Origin: Ignavibacteria bacterium
Lineage (GTDB): Bacteria > Bacteroidota > Ignavibacteria > Kapaibacteriales > UBA4661
Reading direction: 5' to 3'
Assembly: GCA_014654705.1 (NCBI GenBank)
Contig: JACVZY010000106.1
Span: 2,083-66,082, forward strand
DNA length: 64,000 nt
Positions 59,707-64,000 of the stretch are shown one piece after another. Both the position numbers and the translations under genes were made by a program. How positions within the stretch are numbered: the first letter of the stretch is position 1; each line of letters begins with the position of its first letter. Below the pieces are notes generated by a model. The model was not told the origin of the DNA. It did no database searches and saw nothing but the letters and a program-made list of their open reading frames with translations.

Positions 59707-61290
59707 ATGAACATTCTCATCGGCATTAGCGGCAGCATTGCTGCGTATAAATCAACCCAGATGGTTCGTGAAATTCTGAAAAGCACCGAAGCGGGTGGCA
59801 ACCACGAAGTCCGCGTTGTGATGACCCCTTCGGCAACAAAATTTATACCCGCTCTGACGTTGCAAAACCTCACGAAGCACGCCGTCGCTGTCGAAATGTT
59901 CGAGGAAGGTGTGCAATCGGGCGGTTCGTGGCATATACACCTCGCGCGGTGGTGCGACGTGATGATGATAGCGCCGTGCTCCGCCACAACGCTCGGCAAG
60001 CTGGCGCACGGCATTTGCGATACAGCTCTCACGACCGTTGCGCTCGCACTCCCGCCCGAAAAGCCGCTACTTATTGCGCCGGCGATGGATACCGAAATGT
60101 GGGTTCATCCCGCTACGCAGCGTAATTGCACCATTTTGCGTACCGACGGTGCATACATCATCCCGCCCGCCACCGGTGAGCTTGCAAGCGGCTTTGTGGG
60201 TGCAGGGCGGCTTCCCGAAACGAATGTGCTGCTGGATGCACTCTTTGCCGCATTGAACGCACCGCGCTTCGGGCGATTCAGCATACAAGAGCCTGCCCAG
60301 CAAGCCACGAGCAAGCGACCACACACCACAGCGCCAAACACTACGCAACAAAGCCCGGATGAGGCTTTCAACACATACAACAAACGCTTTGACAGTTATG
60401 CCGCAAAGCTCGCCCCCTCAGCACCAAGCACCACTGCGCCAAGTACCGCAGAGGCAAGCGCACAAGACCTCATCCAAGAAGCACTTGGGAAAACGGTTGT
60501 GAATTTGCAGGAAGGCGCAGAAGCAATTCAGTTTGATGCAGAACTGGAATTGACCAAACTTAAGCGTGAGAAGCGCGGCGAGACCTTTACGCCCCAGAGC
60601 AGCGTGGATGCAGGCGCGGTACCGTTCCCTTTTGCCGGAAAAACCGTACTCATAACGGCGGGACCAACCTACGAAAAGATAGACGATGTGCGGTTTATCG
60701 GCAATTATTCATCCGGTAAAATGGGCTTTGCACTTGCCGAAGAAGCAGCACACTATGGCGCAAAAGTAACCCTTATCGCAGGTCCCGTCGGCTTGGAAAC
60801 CCCGAACAATGTCCAGCGCGTGGATGTAGAATCGGCACGGGAAATGTTCGACGAAGTGATGAAACGCCGCGCAGAATCGGACGTCGTGGTGTTAGCGGCG
60901 GCGGTGGCAGATTTTACCCCGATTGAGAAACATGACGGCAAAATCAAAAAAGAAGATACCGGCGAGACAATGACGCTCCGCCTGACCAAAACGCCGGATA
61001 TTTTAGCGGCAGTCGGTGCGGTCAAGGGCGACAGGCAAGTCGTGGTGGGCTTTGCACTGGAGGCACACAATCACGTCGAAAATGCTCGCAAAAAACTCAA
61101 CGCCAAACGCGCCGACATCATTGTTCTTAACGCTCTCGGCAAGCCCCAAAGCGGCTTTGACACCGACGAGAACACCATCACGATTCTCACCCCAAGCACC
61201 GAACCGAAGGACTTTGCGCCAATGCCCAAGCGAGAATGCGCTCGCGTGATTTTGCGGGCAGCCGCAGAAATTGGGCAGCAGAAACAATAA
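59707..61290 (+). CDS. coaBC: Bifunctional phosphopantothenoylcysteine decarboxylase / phosphopantothenate-cysteine ligase
   Basis: GISGSIAAYK, WHIHLARW, APAMDTEM; ITAGPTYEKIDDVRFIGNYSSGKMG, AAAVADF, VGFALE. Confidence 0.95.
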   Translation: MNILIGISGSIAAYKSTQMVREILKSTEAGGNHEVRVVMTPSATKFIPALTLQNLTKHAVAVEMFEEGVQSGGSWHIHLARWCDVMMIAPCSATTLGKLAHGICDTALTTVALALPPEKPLLIAPAMDTEMWVHPATQRNCTILRTDGAYIIPPATGELASGFVGAGRLPETNVLLDALFAALNAPRFGRFSIQEPAQQATSKRPHTTAPNTTQQSPDEAFNTYNKRFDSYAAKLAPSAPSTTAPSTAEASAQDLIQEALGKTVVNLQEGAEAIQFDAELELTKLKREKRGETFTPQSSVDAGAVPFPFAGKTVLITAGPTYEKIDDVRFIGNYSSGKMGFALAEEAAHYGAKVTLIAGPVGLETPNNVQRVDVESAREMFDEVMKRRAESDVVVLAAAVADFTPIEKHDGKIKKEDTGETMTLRLTKTPDILAAVGAVKGDRQVVVGFALEAHNHVENARKKLNAKRADIIVLNALGKPQSGFDTDENTITILTPSTEPKDFAPMPKRECARVILRAAAEIGQQKQ

Positions 61291-61419
61291 CCGTAACAAT
61301 AATGGTACTGAATTTTGAGTGTTGAGTTTGAGTTCAAGAATCTCATACACCAGCAAGAAAGAGCCATTGAGCACAATTTACTCACCATTCAGCACCATTG
61401 TTGCCGCTTTACTTGTATT

Positions 61420-63696
61420 CTACACCATTCCACTCCGCTTTCGCAAGAGCCATTCCAGCGCGAATAAGGCGAGAGCTGCAATAAGCAACCACGCCACATT
61501 CCAAAGGGCAATATCACTGCGTAGCGTGATGGGGCGGGCTTTATAGCCGGGAGCAGATTGAATAGCGCGGCGAACGGCATCCGGATTACGTGCGGCTTCT
61601 TCGGCAGTATAAAATTTGCCGCCGGTGGATTCTGCCAGATACCGCAAGAATGCGGCATTCATGCGCAAATTCTGATACTCAATATTGACCTTGCCAACGC
61701 TGAAACGTCCAAAATCTTCGCCATATTTCTGGCTATTCACAAGAGCCGTGCCGACAAAGCTATATTCTCCCTCGCCCAAGCCCTCTACCGTCGACGCATA
61801 GCGCCCACCGCCAAGTGCCGCCAAGACGACCTCGCGGGACTGCTTGAGCGCTGTGCTTTGAAGCGCTACGCGCACATCCGCGCCGTCAAGCGGGTTATAA
61901 CTACGGTCATAGACTTGCCCAGTCAGCTCCACTTTTTCACCGCTTCCATAGACCTTGCGCGAAGACTTGATGCGAACAAACTTTCCCTGATCGCTCGTGG
62001 CAAGCCAGCGCAAGCCATTCTCGAAAAATGTTCCGAAAATATCTGGCACTGTGCGCCCTTTTGCCTCTTCTGCCGCGAACCCTAGCAATTTCCAGCGATA
62101 CAGCCCATAACCCAGAATCGCCAGCGATTTCGTATTGTTCAGTGTTCGCTGCACGATAAGCGGCTCAGCGAGCGGGACGTTGTTGAGTTTGATAGTGGAA
62201 AGCACTTCGGCTTCGGGCTTGACACGCACAAGCGTTTCGGTGCGGAAGAGCGGCGGAAGCTGATTCCACGCCTTTGCGTCGTCGTCTGTACCGATGAGTT
62301 TCATCACTGGACTGGAAAGCGCTTGCTGCTTCACGTCGGGCAACGCCAGCATTTCTTGCTTGCTGCCGGAAAGCGTGGTGAAGGGCAAATACGGCTCCAG
62401 TGGGCGAAGGCGCACCCAGTCAAGGTCTTGTGAAGCAATAAACAGAACGGGCTTACCACGAGAAAGTTCTGTTTTGACGGCTTCAATCACCACAAGTGGC
62501 GTAACGGTGAGCGGAAAACCGACAAGCACGATTGCCTCTGCATCCGAAAGGTCTTGACGCAATCCATCCAACGTGCGTTTTGGTGCGGCTTGCGGGGCAT
62601 TGGTTGTGCCGCTTGCACTAGCAGCATCATCCAGAAAACCACCCTTCATGTCTTCCACATACACATTGCACTGAACGTTTTTGTTGCCTTCCAGCGAAGA
62701 ACGAATAAAAGAAATATCGGGCGAAAGCTGGGAAGCCAGTACGAGCGTCTTCCGCTTATTTTTCAGCACATTCACAAACTCGGAAACGGCATTGTTTTTT
62801 GTGGTGAGTTCGCCTTCCAAGCCGCTTTGGTTCTTGATTTCAGCCGTCAGCGTGTGCATACCTGCTTGCTTAGGCGTATAGAGGATGCTCACGGTGCGTG
62901 ATTCCGTGCCGCGTACCGTAAGAGCTTGCTCGGAAATCGTTTCGCCGTTATCGCGGAGCGTAAGCCGTGCTGTGCCTTGCTCGAATCCGCTCGTTTGCAC
63001 GGTGATATTGATTGGCAGTTCGCTTTCCACGTAGCCGACTTCGTTGGTGATAATCGAGCGCACCGAAATATCTTTTGCTTCGGTGGAATCTCCCACACCA
63101 ACAACAAACACCGGACGACCAAGCATTTCTGCGGCATAGAGTGGATTTTCACCCTCATTGAATGCGCCATCGGTCATGAGCAAGACGGCTTGCGTATTAG
63201 TGCGTTCGGCATCTTGAAAAATATGCTGAAGCGGTTTTGCGATATTGGAAAACTGCCCCTCAAGGCGCATTGCGTCTGGTCGGAAGTCTTTCGCTGTGAG
63301 CATGGCAATATCGTTATCGAAGAGCGTGATGGTGGATGCGGCTTCGGGAAGCGCTTCGTTCAGCGTTTCGGGCTTGAGTGCTTTGAGTGCAGTCATGTAA
63401 TCCACCTTGCGGTCGCGCGAGGCATCACGCAAGGACAGTGATTCTGAATTATCCAGCAGAATAGCTACACGCGGCGCTTCTTCGGTGGCGCGGAGAACAT
63501 TGACAATCGGCTCAAAAAGTGCAAAAAGTAAAATCCACAAGCCCAAAAGCCGCAGCGCCATCAGTGTATATCGCCGAAGCGGTGAAACAGGCGGCGTGGT
63601 GATACGATAGGCATACCACGTCAGAGCAGCAGCAGCAATGCCGCATAAAACAAGTAACCACCACGAGGCGCTGAGACTAAAACTGTATGAAGTCAT
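61420..63696 (-). CDS. Membrane-anchored vWA-domain protein
   Basis: N-terminal TMs, MIDAS LDNSES and MTDG, Ig-like segment (ELTTKNN), C-terminal TM ending EWLLRKRSG. Confidence 0.78.
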   Translation of the reverse strand: MTSYSFSLSASWWLLVLCGIAAAALTWYAYRITTPPVSPLRRYTLMALRLLGLWILLFALFEPIVNVLRATEEAPRVAILLDNSESLSLRDASRDRKVDYMTALKALKPETLNEALPEAASTITLFDNDIAMLTAKDFRPDAMRLEGQFSNIAKPLQHIFQDAERTNTQAVLLMTDGAFNEGENPLYAAEMLGRPVFVVGVGDSTEAKDISVRSIITNEVGYVESELPINITVQTSGFEQGTARLTLRDNGETISEQALTVRGTESRTVSILYTPKQAGMHTLTAEIKNQSGLEGELTTKNNAVSEFVNVLKNKRKTLVLASQLSPDISFIRSSLEGNKNVQCNVYVEDMKGGFLDDAASASGTTNAPQAAPKRTLDGLRQDLSDAEAIVLVGFPLTVTPLVVIEAVKTELSRGKPVLFIASQDLDWVRLRPLEPYLPFTTLSGSKQEMLALPDVKQQALSSPVMKLIGTDDDAKAWNQLPPLFRTETLVRVKPEAEVLSTIKLNNVPLAEPLIVQRTLNNTKSLAILGYGLYRWKLLGFAAEEAKGRTVPDIFGTFFENGLRWLATSDQGKFVRIKSSRKVYGSGEKVELTGQVYDRSYNPLDGADVRVALQSTALKQSREVVLAALGGGRYASTVEGLGEGEYSFVGTALVNSQKYGEDFGRFSVGKVNIEYQNLRMNAAFLRYLAESTGGKFYTAEEAARNPDAVRRAIQSAPGYKARPITLRSDIALWNVAWLLIAALALFALEWLLRKRSGMV

Positions 63697-63861
63697 AGAA
63701 AAATGGTCAATTCAAACGGTGAGGGAAAATCGTTCTGTGGAGAAATACGGAGGGACGGTTTCTCAGTTACATAAAAAAATAATTTTGAAAATACGAAAAA
63801 TCCCCGTACCTTTGAAATCTGTTTAGCGTATTTTTTGCTTCCAGCAAATAAAAATCGCTGA

Positions 63862-63935
63862 CGGGGTGTAGCTCAGCCCGGTAGAGCGCTACGTTCGGGA
63901 CGTAGAGGCCGGAGGTTCGAGTCCTCTCACCCCGA
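63862..63935 (+). tRNA. tRNA-Pro (anticodon CGG)
   Basis: Acceptor stem CGGGGTG/CACCCCG, D-arm gctc/gagc, anticodon arm ctacg-ttCGGga-cgtag, T-loop GGTTCGAGTCC; CCA not encoded; TACCTTTG box at 63807. Confidence 0.96.
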
Positions 63936-63937
63936 CG

Positions 63938-63969
63938 AAAGCCTAGCAAATGCTAGGCTTTGTCGTTTT
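63938..63969 (+). terminator. Terminator hairpin after the tRNA
   Basis: aaagcctagc-aaat-gctaggcttt perfect 10-bp stem, then T-rich sequence. Confidence 0.75.
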
Positions 63970-64000
63970 ATAGGGACGCTGGAGGGACGTTTAACATATT

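Noticed and set aside
61309..61333. Short TGAATTT/TGAGTGT/TGAGTT heptamer-like run after coaBC
   Set aside because: Too short and degenerate to call a repeat element from a single copy.
63862..63935. tRNA-Pro as an integration site for an island
   Set aside because: No integrase or duplicated tRNA 3' end seen in the window; downstream sequence is not visible.

Overview
Bacterial chromosomal segment with no CRISPR array, IS element, prophage or rRNA. Gene style and TAnnTTTG-type promoters suggest the Bacteroidota/Chlorobi/Kapabacteria group (inference). Housekeeping genes include a partial class A PBP, mutY, thrA, a biotin carboxylase, an LpxL-family acyltransferase, an aldehyde dehydrogenase, coaBC and tRNA-Pro(CGG). 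They are interleaved with dense signalling content: 10 histidine kinases (7 share one paralogous catalytic core), 3 LytTR regulators, 2 stand-alone receivers, 3 chemoreceptor-like proteins and a globin. The main hidden structure is that each of the three LytTR loci has an intergenic array of TTYRYC-core direct repeats with an exact 21-bp period, 44-45 bp upstream of a TA(n)nTTTG -7 box. These arrays point at three outputs: (i) a TonB receptor/TPR/POTRA-less Omp85/LytS/LytTR/desaturase operon; (ii) a LytTR/sensor-less MCP/globin operon; (iii) an unannotated 35-aa membrane peptide followed by receivers, a lipoprotein and kinases. Other oddities are a kinase with a His-less extra DHp, one TPR sensor on two kinase classes, a RelA/SpoT-type HD protein lacking a metal ligand, an orphan adenine MTase, strong GATC/GGCC avoidance, GTAG-type REP doublets and a ~120-aa insert in CoaBC.
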